Positions 44,166-52,886 are shown, counted from the first letter of the stretch. The stretch: DNA of 64,000 nt from an uncultured Gemmatimonadota bacterium (GCA_951812955.1 OX638340.1:3616001-3680000); one strand, 5' to 3'. Notes: generated from the letters alone by a model not told the origin. Numbers and translations: made by a program.

Positions 44166-44930
44166 ATGAATTACCCGAACACGCTCAAGCGGCGCATCCG
44201 CGACGGCGAACTGCTGCTGGGTACGGTCCTGACCGCCCATAATTCGTTTGACGCCTCGGTGGTCTGCGGTTCGGATATCGACTTCCTCTGGATCGATACC
44301 GAGCACTCCGCGAGTGCCGTAGAAGACCTGGGCATGGTGCCGGTGATCGCCCGCCAGCGGGACGTGGCGCCCATGATCCGGATCGCGTGGAATGATCCCG
44401 CCTTGATCAAGAAGGCCTACGATATCGGTGCCGTGGCGGTCATGATCCCCCAGGTCAACACGGCCGAGGAGGCGGAGCACGCGGTTCGGCACGCCCGGTA
44501 CGCTCCCGAAGGACAGCGCGGGATTTCCCCCTACTGGGCGATGATGGCGGGACTGGACTTCAAGCACGTAGTTAAAACGGCCAACGCGGAGACCGTCACC
44601 GTGCTGCAGATCGAAAGCGTCGAAGCCCTGGATAACCTGGACGAAATCAAGCAGGTGGAAGGAATCGACGTCCTCTTTCTCGGTCCCACGGACCTGTCCG
44701 CGACGATGGGCGTGATCGCTGAGACCGAATCACCCGAGGTACAGGGCGCTATGCGCGAGTTTCCCGGCCGGCTGGAAGGTTCCGGGATCATGGCGGGGAC
44801 GACGCTGGCCGATTTGCAGGATATCCAGCAGAAAATTGAATGGGGTTACCGATTCATCAACGTGGGCAGCCCCATGGGTTACGGTATGCAGGTGCTGAAG
44901 GACAACCTGGATGCGCTGCGGAGTGGATGA
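44166..44930 (+). CDS. HpcH/HpaI-family 2-keto-3-deoxy-acid aldolase
   Basis: It has DFLWIDTEHSA, PMIRIAWNDPALIKKAYDIGAVAVMIPQVNTAEEA and RYAPEGQRG. Confidence 0.8.
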   Translation: MNYPNTLKRRIRDGELLLGTVLTAHNSFDASVVCGSDIDFLWIDTEHSASAVEDLGMVPVIARQRDVAPMIRIAWNDPALIKKAYDIGAVAVMIPQVNTAEEAEHAVRHARYAPEGQRGISPYWAMMAGLDFKHVVKTANAETVTVLQIESVEALDNLDEIKQVEGIDVLFLGPTDLSATMGVIAETESPEVQGAMREFPGRLEGSGIMAGTTLADLQDIQQKIEWGYRFINVGSPMGYGMQVLKDNLDALRSG

Positions 44931-44934
44931 GCGG

Positions 44935-45741
44935 ATGATCAACGAAGAACAGGTCCGGAAATTCCAGGAAATGGGATGGCTGGTGGTGGAGGGCGTCTAC
45001 ACCCACGAGGAAGCCGACGAGGTGGCGCGACTGGCACTGCAGACGGCGGATTCCATGGATGTAGAGGAATCCATGGCCGGCTATCTGCTGGACCGTTCCG
45101 AATCGGGAGAATCCGCGCCCCGGAAGATCGACAGTCCCTACCTGCGGAATCCGCTATTTCGCGATTTTGCCCTGGATGGCAGGCTTCGGGAGATACTCCG
45201 GCGAATCACCGGCGAAGAACCCCTGCTCAAGAGCGACCAGCTTTTCATGAAACCGCCGCGGTTCGGATCGGAGAAACCTTACCACCACGACAATTTCTAC
45301 TTCCGTTGCACGCCGGGCGGCCACGTGATCACGGCCTGGATCGCCCTCGACGACGTGGACGAGGAGAACGGCTGCCTTCGATACATCTCCGGTTCGCACA
45401 AGAAGGGGATCATCGAGCACGTGGAGGTCCCCGGCCAGCCCTACAACCTGGCTCCTCCGGACGACTTGATCGATTGGGAGAACGAGGCCTCAGCGCCGGT
45501 GCGCAAGGGCGGCGTGGTCTTCCACCACTCGGAGACCCTCCACTCGTCGCGTCGCAATACGTCAGATCGATGGCGGCGCGGCTACGCGACGCATTGGGTT
45601 ACCGCTGCGGTGACCAGCGAGACCGACAACCTGGACGGCGCATATTTTCAAAGCGACGAGTACGCGGAGTACGTGCGGGCCGTGGACCGGACGAAGGATG
45701 ACGCGGCGCAAGTTGGTACCGCCGATTCGGGAGGGGCCTGA
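44935..45741 (+). CDS. PhyH-family dioxygenase (paralog 8)
   Basis: It starts 4 nt after the aldolase stop. It has PYHHDNFYF (HxD), AWIALDDVDEENGCLRYISGSH and a distal FHHSETLHSS. Confidence 0.8.
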   Translation: MINEEQVRKFQEMGWLVVEGVYTHEEADEVARLALQTADSMDVEESMAGYLLDRSESGESAPRKIDSPYLRNPLFRDFALDGRLREILRRITGEEPLLKSDQLFMKPPRFGSEKPYHHDNFYFRCTPGGHVITAWIALDDVDEENGCLRYISGSHKKGIIEHVEVPGQPYNLAPPDDLIDWENEASAPVRKGGVVFHHSETLHSSRRNTSDRWRRGYATHWVTAAVTSETDNLDGAYFQSDEYAEYVRAVDRTKDDAAQVGTADSGGA

Positions 45742-45743
45742 CT

Positions 45744-46427
45744 TTGACGACGGCAACGGTGGCCGGAACTATCACCGATCTCATGTGGTCGGAGACGGCT
45801 TCGATCTACGACGCGATCCTCGCGCACCCTTTTATCAAGGGACTAACCTCCGGGGATCTCGACCGGTCTGCTTTCGAGTTCTACACCGTGCAGGACGCGC
45901 TCTACCTGAAGGACTACGCCCGGGCCCTGAGCCTTGCCGCCGTGAAAGCGCCGGATGAGGAGACCATCATCCTCTTCAACGAGCATTCGAAGGGCTGTCT
46001 CGTGGAAGAGCGGGCCATGCAGAAGAACTTCTTCGACGTCTTCGGCCTTTCGGCGGAACAGGTGTGGGCGACGCCCAAGGCACCCGCTTGCCAGGCCTAT
46101 ACGAGCTACCTGCTATCGGTAGCCTACGCCCGGCCCTTCCACGAGGTCGTGGCCGTGGTGCTTCCCTGTTACTGGATCTACTGGGAGGTGGGCAAGGCGC
46201 TGGCCGAGAAGGGATCGCCCGATCCCATGTACCAGCAGTGGATCGACACCTACGCAGGCGAGGAGTTCGCCGAGGCCGTCGTGGCCGTCCTCGAAATCAC
46301 GAACCGGGTCGCACGGGGACTTCCGGATGTGGATCGAGCAGCCATGCTACATCATTACGTCACGACCAGCCGGTACGAGTGGATGTTCTGGGACATGGGG
46401 TATCGGAAGGAAGCCTGGCCGGTGTGA
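45744..46427 (+). CDS. tenA: TenA / thiaminase II family (aminopyrimidine aminohydrolase)
   Basis: It has HPFIKGLTSGDLDRSAFEFYTVQDALYL and VLPCYWIYWEVG. It starts with TTG at 45744; ATG 45783 is an alternative. Confidence 0.75.
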   Translation: MTTATVAGTITDLMWSETASIYDAILAHPFIKGLTSGDLDRSAFEFYTVQDALYLKDYARALSLAAVKAPDEETIILFNEHSKGCLVEERAMQKNFFDVFGLSAEQVWATPKAPACQAYTSYLLSVAYARPFHEVVAVVLPCYWIYWEVGKALAEKGSPDPMYQQWIDTYAGEEFAEAVVAVLEITNRVARGLPDVDRAAMLHHYVTTSRYEWMFWDMGYRKEAWPV

Positions 46428-46462
46428 GGAGGGCACCACGCCGGTGTCTATGGACCCAGTTA

Positions 46463-47245
46463 CTACGCTCGATCGTCGTCGCTAATCAGGTTACGCAGGA
46501 TGTCCACCAGCGCCCGTCCGGGTGCCTTCTCAGCGTATCCAGCAGATTCAAATCCCCGTTGTCCATTTCTCCGCACCTCAATCTCGCCCCACGGGACAAA
46601 GAACCCCTCTTTCAACCGGACTTCCACCAGGTCGCCGATGTCGTACAGCGTCGAGGTGTTGTTGTTAACTAGCCGGTTCGACCGGGTAATGGCCATGCCT
46701 TCTTCTCCTGAACCATCGATATCGTAGAACACCAGCAGGTCGGCCACCGTGGCGGCCACCCCGCGAAACAGGGCGTTGTTCTGAAGCGATACGATGAAGT
46801 TGGCCCCCCTGTCGGCGTCGATATCCGGGTGGATGTATAGACCGGCTCTGGTATTGGTCCAGATCCCGCGGGCGGCCCGTCGTACACGCTGGACAGCCGG
46901 GTCAGTGGATGATCCGTTTCCCGTTCGACTGGAGGCGCCGGTCCGGGCATGCTCTCTCCGTTCATGGGCAGTCTGCGAGGAAGTACGGTAACGAGGCGGC
47001 TGTTGCCGTTGGGAGGACGCCCTGGAAGACGAAGGCATCCGCAGCTTTTCCGGATTTCGGACGAGCCACTGGTAGGCCTCATTGATCTCCGTGAACTTGG
47101 CCGTGGCGCGGTCTTTCACACGGTCGGGCACCTTGTCCGGGTGCCAGATCAGCGCCAGCTCCCGGTACGACTTCTTCACGTCGTCAATAGACGCGCCTGG
47201 AGCGAGGTCGAGCGAATGAAGCGCCCTGTTCGTGGTATCGTCCAT
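46463..47245 (-). CDS. J-domain (DnaJ-like) protein with an uncharacterised C-terminal domain
   Basis: The J-domain has SIDDVKKSYRELALIWHPDKV...FTEINEAYQWL. It is followed by an S/R-rich linker and an unknown ~110-aa domain. Confidence 0.7.
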   Translation of the reverse strand: MDDTTNRALHSLDLAPGASIDDVKKSYRELALIWHPDKVPDRVKDRATAKFTEINEAYQWLVRNPEKLRMPSSSRASSQRQQPPRYRTSSQTAHERREHARTGASSRTGNGSSTDPAVQRVRRAARGIWTNTRAGLYIHPDIDADRGANFIVSLQNNALFRGVAATVADLLVFYDIDGSGEEGMAITRSNRLVNNNTSTLYDIGDLVEVRLKEGFFVPWGEIEVRRNGQRGFESAGYAEKAPGRALVDILRNLISDDDRA

Positions 47246-47375
47246 ACAGGGTTATTTAACCGATACAAAGGGTTGTCTCAAGGTTTTTGTGCCGGTATAT
47301 TCACCTCGTAGATTTTTCTGACCAGTGTGACCACTCTTTCGATTCAATATTCGTTCTTATGAACAAGGTCTAGAC

Positions 47376-48209
47376 ATGCCCATTACCGACGCCCTGCCCG
47401 ATATGAAGCGGGAACTTCGTTTTTTTCCGGCAAGATCCGAAAATCCGAAAGCGCTTTCCCGTGAACAGATCGACTTCTTCAACACGAACGGGTATCTGTG
47501 CCCCCTCGATGTATTTACGCCGCGGGAAGCCGAAGCGAACCGCCTGTATTTCGAGGACCTGATGGCCCGTGCAGAGAAGGAAGGGTACAACAGCTACTCC
47601 ATCAACGGCTGGCATCGGCATTGCGAGGGCATCTACAACCTGGCCATGAACGAGAGGATTCTGGACTACGCGGAGGACCTGGTCGGCGAGACGTTGATCT
47701 GCGAGATGACCCACTATTTCTGCAAGATGCCGGGCGACGTGCAGCGGGTGAGCTGGCACCAGGACGCCTCCTACTGGCCTCTGACCCCGAGCAAAGTGGT
47801 GACGATCTGGCTGGCCATAGACGACGTGGACGGGGAAAACGGACCCATGACGGTCATCCCCGGTTCACACCTTCACGGACAAATCCCCTTCGAGAACAGC
47901 ACGAAAGCCGAACGCAACGTGCTGGGACAGTCCGTCCACGACCCGCTCAGGTGGGGTGGCGATCCCGTGCCCTTTACCATGAAGGCGGGCCAGATCTCCA
48001 TGCACACCGACCTGCTGCTGCACGGTTCCGAGCCGAATGTTTCCGACCGCCGCCGCTGCGGACTGACGATACGGTATCTGCCGCCGGACGTCCGGGGCCG
48101 CTACCCGGAATACCACAGGGCCATCATCTGCCGAGGCAGCGATCCCTCGGGTTATTGGAGACCCATACCCCGCCCGACGGGCGACCAGATTCCTCCACGC
48201 AATCGCTAG
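47376..48209 (+). CDS. PhyH-family dioxygenase (paralog 9)
   Basis: It has SWHQDASYW (HxD), WLAIDDVDGENGPMTVIPGSH and a distal LLLHGSEPN. Confidence 0.8.
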   Translation: MPITDALPDMKRELRFFPARSENPKALSREQIDFFNTNGYLCPLDVFTPREAEANRLYFEDLMARAEKEGYNSYSINGWHRHCEGIYNLAMNERILDYAEDLVGETLICEMTHYFCKMPGDVQRVSWHQDASYWPLTPSKVVTIWLAIDDVDGENGPMTVIPGSHLHGQIPFENSTKAERNVLGQSVHDPLRWGGDPVPFTMKAGQISMHTDLLLHGSEPNVSDRRRCGLTIRYLPPDVRGRYPEYHRAIICRGSDPSGYWRPIPRPTGDQIPPRNR

Positions 48210-48298
48210 TATCTACATTGTATCGACGGCGCATTGTCGGTATCTACGGCAAGAGTGGTATCAACGCCGCAATTGTGGTATCTACGGCGCAATAGTAC
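48209..48298. repeat. Five degenerate ~19-20-nt direct repeats (core GTATCNACGGCGCAATTGTG) between convergent genes
   Basis: Copies start at 48209, 48220, 48240, 48258 and 48278. The first copy abuts the PhyH stop codon (48207-48209). Confidence 0.75.
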
Positions 48299-48335
48299 TC
48301 AAATTCAGCTATCCGCGCCGACTTAGAGACCAAAT

Positions 48336-49226
48336 CTATGCCGAAAGCGGCCTGCAGTTTTTACACGGCCGGCATCCGCCGTTCGTTGCGTCCTCCGTAC
48401 TGCTGAATTCAAGGCGGTGCTCCCGCTTGATGCGCCGCGCATCACGGCAGGTGGGGTAACAGTAAATTCCTGTAGTTCGGCTTCCGATGTAGCGTACACC
48501 CCGCTGCTTCCAATTAGCGAGATCTTCCCTCGGTATTCCTTCCCGTTCCAGCAGCGTCCATTTCATTTCCGGACCGTAGTAGTAGTTTCCCACGCCCCCG
48601 GTCGAGGGTACAAGCCGGTGGCAGGGCACCAGGAAGGGAACGGGATTCCGGGCCATGACCGTTCCAACGGCACGGACCGCCTTCGGTCTGCCCACCTCCC
48701 GGGCCAGCCAGGCATAGGGACGGACCTCTCCAGACGGTATCCTGGCCAGGTGTACCAGCACGGTCTGTTCGAATTCGGTAAGTCCCTCAAGGGTAACCGG
48801 TGGCTGAGCGATCTTTTCTCCTCTTATGGCCCGTCTGACTGCCAGGGCGTAGGTTTCCGGCAAGGAACCACGTACTACGGAACGCCCGAGCCTGTCTTTG
48901 TAAAATGACTCGAAGGCGCCGTCCTCCGCCACGTCGAGTTTAACCGCGGATATGCCCTTTGGCGTGAAACCTACGTGCGCCGGCCCGAAATCCGTGTCGA
49001 TGACATCGTACCGATCTGCAATCCTGATCATAACTTCCTCCATGAGCCCCGCGGGGGCGGTCAGTATCAGTTTGGGAGATGCCGCTGCGAGATGCCCCAT
49101 GAATGCGGCCTCTTCGCGGCATGCGGCACACACTTCCAGGTGTTCCACCACGGCCCGGCTCGCCTTATCGTACGCCTCGCCGGTTCTGATTTGATCCAGT
49201 TGCTGTCTTGCTTCGTTACAGTCCAC
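48336..49226 (-). CDS. Cytoplasmic zinc anti-sigma (zf-HC2) domain fused to O6-alkylguanine-DNA alkyltransferase (Ogt/MGMT) and a C-terminal Ada-type Zn-finger
   Basis: The GTG start at 49226 overlaps the sigma stop (GTGGACTGTAA). The ZAS motif is HLEVCAAC. The MGMT block is TEFEQTVLVHLARIPSGEVRPY...AVGTVMARNPVPFLVPCHRLV. The Ada-like block is YCYPTCRDARRIKREHRLEF...GGCRPCKNCRP. No hydrophobic TM segment is present. Confidence 0.75.
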   Translation of the reverse strand: MDCNEARQQLDQIRTGEAYDKASRAVVEHLEVCAACREEAAFMGHLAAASPKLILTAPAGLMEEVMIRIADRYDVIDTDFGPAHVGFTPKGISAVKLDVAEDGAFESFYKDRLGRSVVRGSLPETYALAVRRAIRGEKIAQPPVTLEGLTEFEQTVLVHLARIPSGEVRPYAWLAREVGRPKAVRAVGTVMARNPVPFLVPCHRLVPSTGGVGNYYYGPEMKWTLLEREGIPREDLANWKQRGVRYIGSRTTGIYCYPTCRDARRIKREHRLEFSSTEDATNGGCRPCKNCRPLSA

Positions 49227-49770
49227 TGGGGTCGTCCTCCATGATTTTGCGAAGTCTGCGTAGCGCCCGGTACACCTTGCCCCGCAGCGCCGATTCCGAC
49301 GAACCGGTGACTGCCGCGATATCCGCATAGGTGTATTGCTCGATGAATCGCAGAATGATCAATTCCCGGCTTTCTCTGCCCAGTCTTTCGAGAGCCTTCC
49401 GGATCGCCCTGGCCTGGTCGTTTTGGGGGACGAAGGCCTGCTCTTGAAGGTCGTCCTTCATCCGCTCTACCGCGCCTGTCATGCGTTTGCGCGACCTCAG
49501 CCTGTTCAACGCCAGGTTCCGCACGATGCGGTACAGCCAGGGACGGATTTCGAGCGTCCGGCACCGCTCCGAGTCGTACTTACCGGAGAGTGTTTCGTAG
49601 GCCTTGACAAAGGCTTCCTGCGTAACGTCGAGGGCATCGTCCGAACCACCGAGCATGTGGAAGGCGTAGGTGAAGAGTCTGTCCTTGTATGCCGCCACCA
49701 GGTTTGCCACCGCGCCTCTGTTGCCGCGATGGATTTCCAGCGCGATGCATCGTCCCTCTTCCTGCGTCAT
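49216..49770 (-). CDS. ECF-type sigma-70 family RNA polymerase sigma factor
   Basis: Region 2 has DALDVTQEAFVKAY...WLYRIVRNLALN. Region 4 has ELIILRFIEQYTYADIAAVTGSSESALRGKVYRALRRL. AAGGA lies 6 nt upstream of the ATG. Confidence 0.85.
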   Translation of the reverse strand: MTQEEGRCIALEIHRGNRGAVANLVAAYKDRLFTYAFHMLGGSDDALDVTQEAFVKAYETLSGKYDSERCRTLEIRPWLYRIVRNLALNRLRSRKRMTGAVERMKDDLQEQAFVPQNDQARAIRKALERLGRESRELIILRFIEQYTYADIAAVTGSSESALRGKVYRALRRLRKIMEDDPSGL

Positions 49771-49972
49771 GCAAAGTCCTTTGTTGTCCTGACTACCGTC
49801 CCAGTCACAGATAAAACACCGTCGAGGCGGATTACGTTCGGATCAAAACGAATTCGAGTATCCTTCTTGACAGCTTCTTTGCTGTTTCTTTCCTTACCAA
49901 TAAGATCCTTGTTTTCTTATCTTACTGCACATCAGTCGCAATTCGGCGAAATTCATTGTCCCATCTACGCCA

Positions 49973-50170
49973 ATGCCTCGAAAAGTCAGAGAGCTGATTA
50001 AGGATTTGGTAGATGCGGGATTTGTTGAAACAGGTGGGAAAGGCAGCCATAGGAAATTCACACATGTACGAGTATCGAAAATCGTGGTCCTATCTGGCCA
50101 CCTTGGAGACGATTCGAAAAGCTATCAGGAACAGGCCATTAACGTAGCAATCAAGGAGTCACAGAAATGA
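49973..50170 (+). CDS. hicA: HicA mRNA-interferase toxin
   Basis: The 65-aa protein has RKVRELIKDLVDAGFVETGGKGSHRKFTH, the HicA signature. Confidence 0.8.
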   Translation: MPRKVRELIKDLVDAGFVETGGKGSHRKFTHVRVSKIVVLSGHLGDDSKSYQEQAINVAIKESQK

Positions 50171-50406
50171 AGACGAGTGCTCAATATGTGAAGATAGTGG
50201 AATGGTCAGAAGAGGATCAGTGTTTCGTCGGCAGCTGTCCCGGCCTGCTCTACGGTGGGTGTCATGGTGATAACGAACAGGAAGTGTTCTCCGAGTTATG
50301 CCGGATCGTAGAGGAAACCATAAATTTGTATAGACGAGACGGCCGGTCCCTTCCTTCACCGACATCGGGAAAAGACTACGCCAATAAAATGCTGGATATC
50401 GTCTGA
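50167..50406 (+). CDS. hicB: HicB-family antitoxin
   Basis: It has an ATGA overlap with hicA. YVKIVEWSEEDQCFVGSCPGL...GDNEQEV matches the HicB/UPF0150 N-domain pattern. Confidence 0.7.
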   Translation: MKTSAQYVKIVEWSEEDQCFVGSCPGLLYGGCHGDNEQEVFSELCRIVEETINLYRRDGRSLPSPTSGKDYANKMLDIV

Positions 50407-50424
50407 TTTGCCTGCAGCTTCTGC

Positions 50425-52215
50425 CTACCCGCCTCCCCCTAGCACCCTCTCCCAGAATCCGGACGATCCAGAGTTCCGATTCCCATCCTCGGCGATGTAG
50501 ATCGTGAAGGCCGTGTTCCCGATCTGCTCGCCCCGCCAGGACCGGAATCCCCTGCGGTTCGGTTCGAGGGCGTCTCCCCGGATGTCCGATTTCCATATCT
50601 GGTTCATCGTTGGGTACCACACGAACAGACCGCCGACCTCCTCCACCAGGATCCGCTCGGCCTGCCGGTAGACGTCCATGCGCTTTCCGTGGTCACCGAC
50701 CACGCCGCCCGCCTGGACCACGAGCCGGTCGAAGAGATCGTGTTTCCAGGCGTGTCGGCCGGAGGATAGCCACAGGTTCATCAGGCTGCTGGGATCGATG
50801 AAGTCGGCCCCGAAACGGACAAGGCCCAGGGGAAGCTGGTGGCTGTTGATCGCGTCCATGAAGATCTTGACCTCCATGTTCCGCACCACCAGTTCGATCC
50901 CCAGGTTCTGCTTGATCATGGCTTGGATCGCCTCGCCCGCCTCGTGTACCGGACGCACGTCGCGCCGGACCCACATTTCCACCCGCGGGAATCCCTTACC
51001 GTCCGGATAACCCGCTTCGGCCAGCAGCTTGCGGCCCAGTGCGGGGTCGTATCGCTGGATGGGCTTCAGCGCTTCCGTCGCATCTGCCGGGAAACCGGGC
51101 GGCAGCATGGAGTAGGCCGGTGTCGCGAAGCCCTGCAGTGCGGAATTGCAGACGGCGTTCCGGTCGATGGAGTGGCTGAAGGCCTGGCGGACCTTGAGGT
51201 TGTTGAAGGGCGGGTTGTACGTGTCCATCGTGAGGTAGTAGGTGGCGAAGTCGGTGTATGAGTGCAGTTCGCCGTTCAGCTTCGGATCGGTCTTAATCCG
51301 GGCGAGCTCCGCGTTGTTTGTGATGAGGGCGAAGTCGATCTCGTCCGCCTCGTAGGAGGCGAGCAGGGGCGGCGGTGTCGACGCGTTGTACAACTTGGCT
51401 ATAATCGTTTCCAGGTAGGGGCGCGCGGCGCCGTGGTACCTCGGATTGGCCTTGAGCACGACGCGGTCGGCCTTGGTCCATTCCTCCAGGTAGAACGGTC
51501 CGCTGGCGATGGAAGTCTCTGAGCTGGTGGACCAGGTGTCGCCGTGCTTCTCGACCGCCTGGCGGGGAGAGACCCAGCTGTCGACCATCAGGTCAGGCAT
51601 GTAGGCGCAGGGTTCGTCGGTCTCGATCAGCAGGGTGTAATCGTCGATCGCGTGCACACCGAGCGAGTCGAGGGGAAGCTCCCGGCCGACTACCCTGCTC
51701 CAGTTTTTGATCGGCCGGTAGTACCACTCCACGTCGTAGGCGTTTTCCGGGTCGGCCCCGCGACGCAGGGTGAAGACCCAGTCGTGGGCGGTCAGCGGTT
51801 TGCCGTCGGAAAACTCCAGGTCGTCGCGGAGATAGAAGTACCAGCCCAGTCCGTCGGCAGTGGGCTCCCAGCTGTTCGCCGCCGCCGGGATCAGGTTGAA
51901 ATCCTTGTCAAATCGAATAAGCGGTTCCGCGATGATCCGGTGGCCGTAGGTGCCCTTGTAGATCGTGCGGAACCATTCCATGTAGGTGTTGTCGAGCTGG
52001 AACAGGCGGACGTACTGCTCCGAAGGAGGCGCCGCGTCGGGGGGCAGCGTAACGCCCGCGGAATTAACGTAGCGCGCGGACTGCCCGGACTGCCCGGACT
52101 GCCCGAACTGCCCGGATGTCCCTGACTGCCGGTCGACTGCCAGGACATGCAGGATCCCTGCCGCGGTGGCGCAGCAAACCAGGATGATAGCAATAGCGCG
52201 GGCAGTTGAGATCAT
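50425..52215 (-). CDS. ABC-transporter substrate-binding protein, family 5 (peptide/opine/nickel type), with no cognate permease or ATPase in the window
   Basis: It has an N-terminal signal anchor. AANSWEPTADGLGWYFYLRDDLEFSDGKPLTAHDWVFTLRR is the SBP_bac_5 pattern. A 9-nt repeat encodes (SGQ)n after the signal anchor. Confidence 0.8.
   Translation of the reverse strand: MISTARAIAIILVCCATAAGILHVLAVDRQSGTSGQFGQSGQSGQSARYVNSAGVTLPPDAAPPSEQYVRLFQLDNTYMEWFRTIYKGTYGHRIIAEPLIRFDKDFNLIPAAANSWEPTADGLGWYFYLRDDLEFSDGKPLTAHDWVFTLRRGADPENAYDVEWYYRPIKNWSRVVGRELPLDSLGVHAIDDYTLLIETDEPCAYMPDLMVDSWVSPRQAVEKHGDTWSTSSETSIASGPFYLEEWTKADRVVLKANPRYHGAARPYLETIIAKLYNASTPPPLLASYEADEIDFALITNNAELARIKTDPKLNGELHSYTDFATYYLTMDTYNPPFNNLKVRQAFSHSIDRNAVCNSALQGFATPAYSMLPPGFPADATEALKPIQRYDPALGRKLLAEAGYPDGKGFPRVEMWVRRDVRPVHEAGEAIQAMIKQNLGIELVVRNMEVKIFMDAINSHQLPLGLVRFGADFIDPSSLMNLWLSSGRHAWKHDLFDRLVVQAGGVVGDHGKRMDVYRQAERILVEEVGGLFVWYPTMNQIWKSDIRGDALEPNRRGFRSWRGEQIGNTAFTIYIAEDGNRNSGSSGFWERVLGGGG
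52078..52122. repeat. 9-nt in-frame tandem repeat (ggactgccc, 3 perfect plus 2 degenerate copies) in the SBP gene
   Basis: The tract is ggactgccc ggactgccc ggactgccc gaactgccc ggatgtccc. It encodes GTSGQFGQSGQSGQS on the minus strand. Confidence 0.85.
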
Positions 52216-52385
52216 GGAGGGACCATCCGTTGGTCACAATGGCCACAATCGTCACTATAGAAGGATTGCAACGTACCTTATCCCCTTTCCTACCCCGCGT
52301 CAAGTATATGACGGTGATTCGGCTTGACCCCCATCGGGCGGTCTTTATTTTGCACGTGGACCTCAACAGGCCGGTGAATCACCCC

Positions 52386-52886
52386 ATGGATTCCTTCCTC
52401 ATATCTCAGGCGCTCGCCGCCGTCGCATTCACCTGCGGCGTGATCTCCTTCCAATACAAGAAGCGACGCAACGTGTTGCTCTGGTTGAGCGCCTCGGCGC
52501 TGACCAATGCGTGCCACTTCTTCGTGCTTGGCAGAAACGGCGCGGGAACCCTGTACGTCGTGATGGGCGTGCGTGTCTTCACGGCGGCTTTCACGACCGA
52601 CCAGCGCCTGATGTACGTTTTCATGGCGCTGATCGTGGCCGGATTCTTCGTGTCCTATGAACGGCCACTGGACATACTGGCGCTTTTCGGATCGCTACTG
52701 CCGACCTACGGGAACTTTCAGAAATCCGACCGCAAGATACGGCTGATCTACATGGCCTGCGCGCTGATCTGGATGATCCACAACTACATCGCCGGCAGTC
52801 CGGTCGCCGTCCTCATGGAAACCACGTTCCTGGTCAGCAACCTGGTCGGATACTACCGGATTTACCGGTTCGCGCTAAAGGCCTGA
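52386..52886 (+). CDS. YgjV-like inner-membrane protein
   Basis: The start is ATG 52386 (MDSFLISQALAAVAFTCGVISFQYKKRR). It has about five hydrophobic helices and IWMIHNYIAGSP, which resembles the YgjV family. Confidence 0.5.
   Translation: MDSFLISQALAAVAFTCGVISFQYKKRRNVLLWLSASALTNACHFFVLGRNGAGTLYVVMGVRVFTAAFTTDQRLMYVFMALIVAGFFVSYERPLDILALFGSLLPTYGNFQKSDRKIRLIYMACALIWMIHNYIAGSPVAVLMETTFLVSNLVGYYRIYRFALKA

Noticed and set aside
45700-45744. Possible TPP riboswitch upstream of tenA
   Set aside because: tenA starts 2 nt after the preceding PhyH stop, so there is no room for a riboswitch. tenA is evidently co-transcribed with the aldolase and PhyH genes.
49771-49972. TTGACA at 49868-49873 as the hicAB promoter, and a GAAC...CGT-type ECF autoregulatory promoter on the minus strand
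   Set aside because: No acceptable -10 element lies at 16-18 nt from the TTGACA. The candidate ECF -35/-10 spacing did not fit (about 11 nt). The evidence is too weak to report as features.
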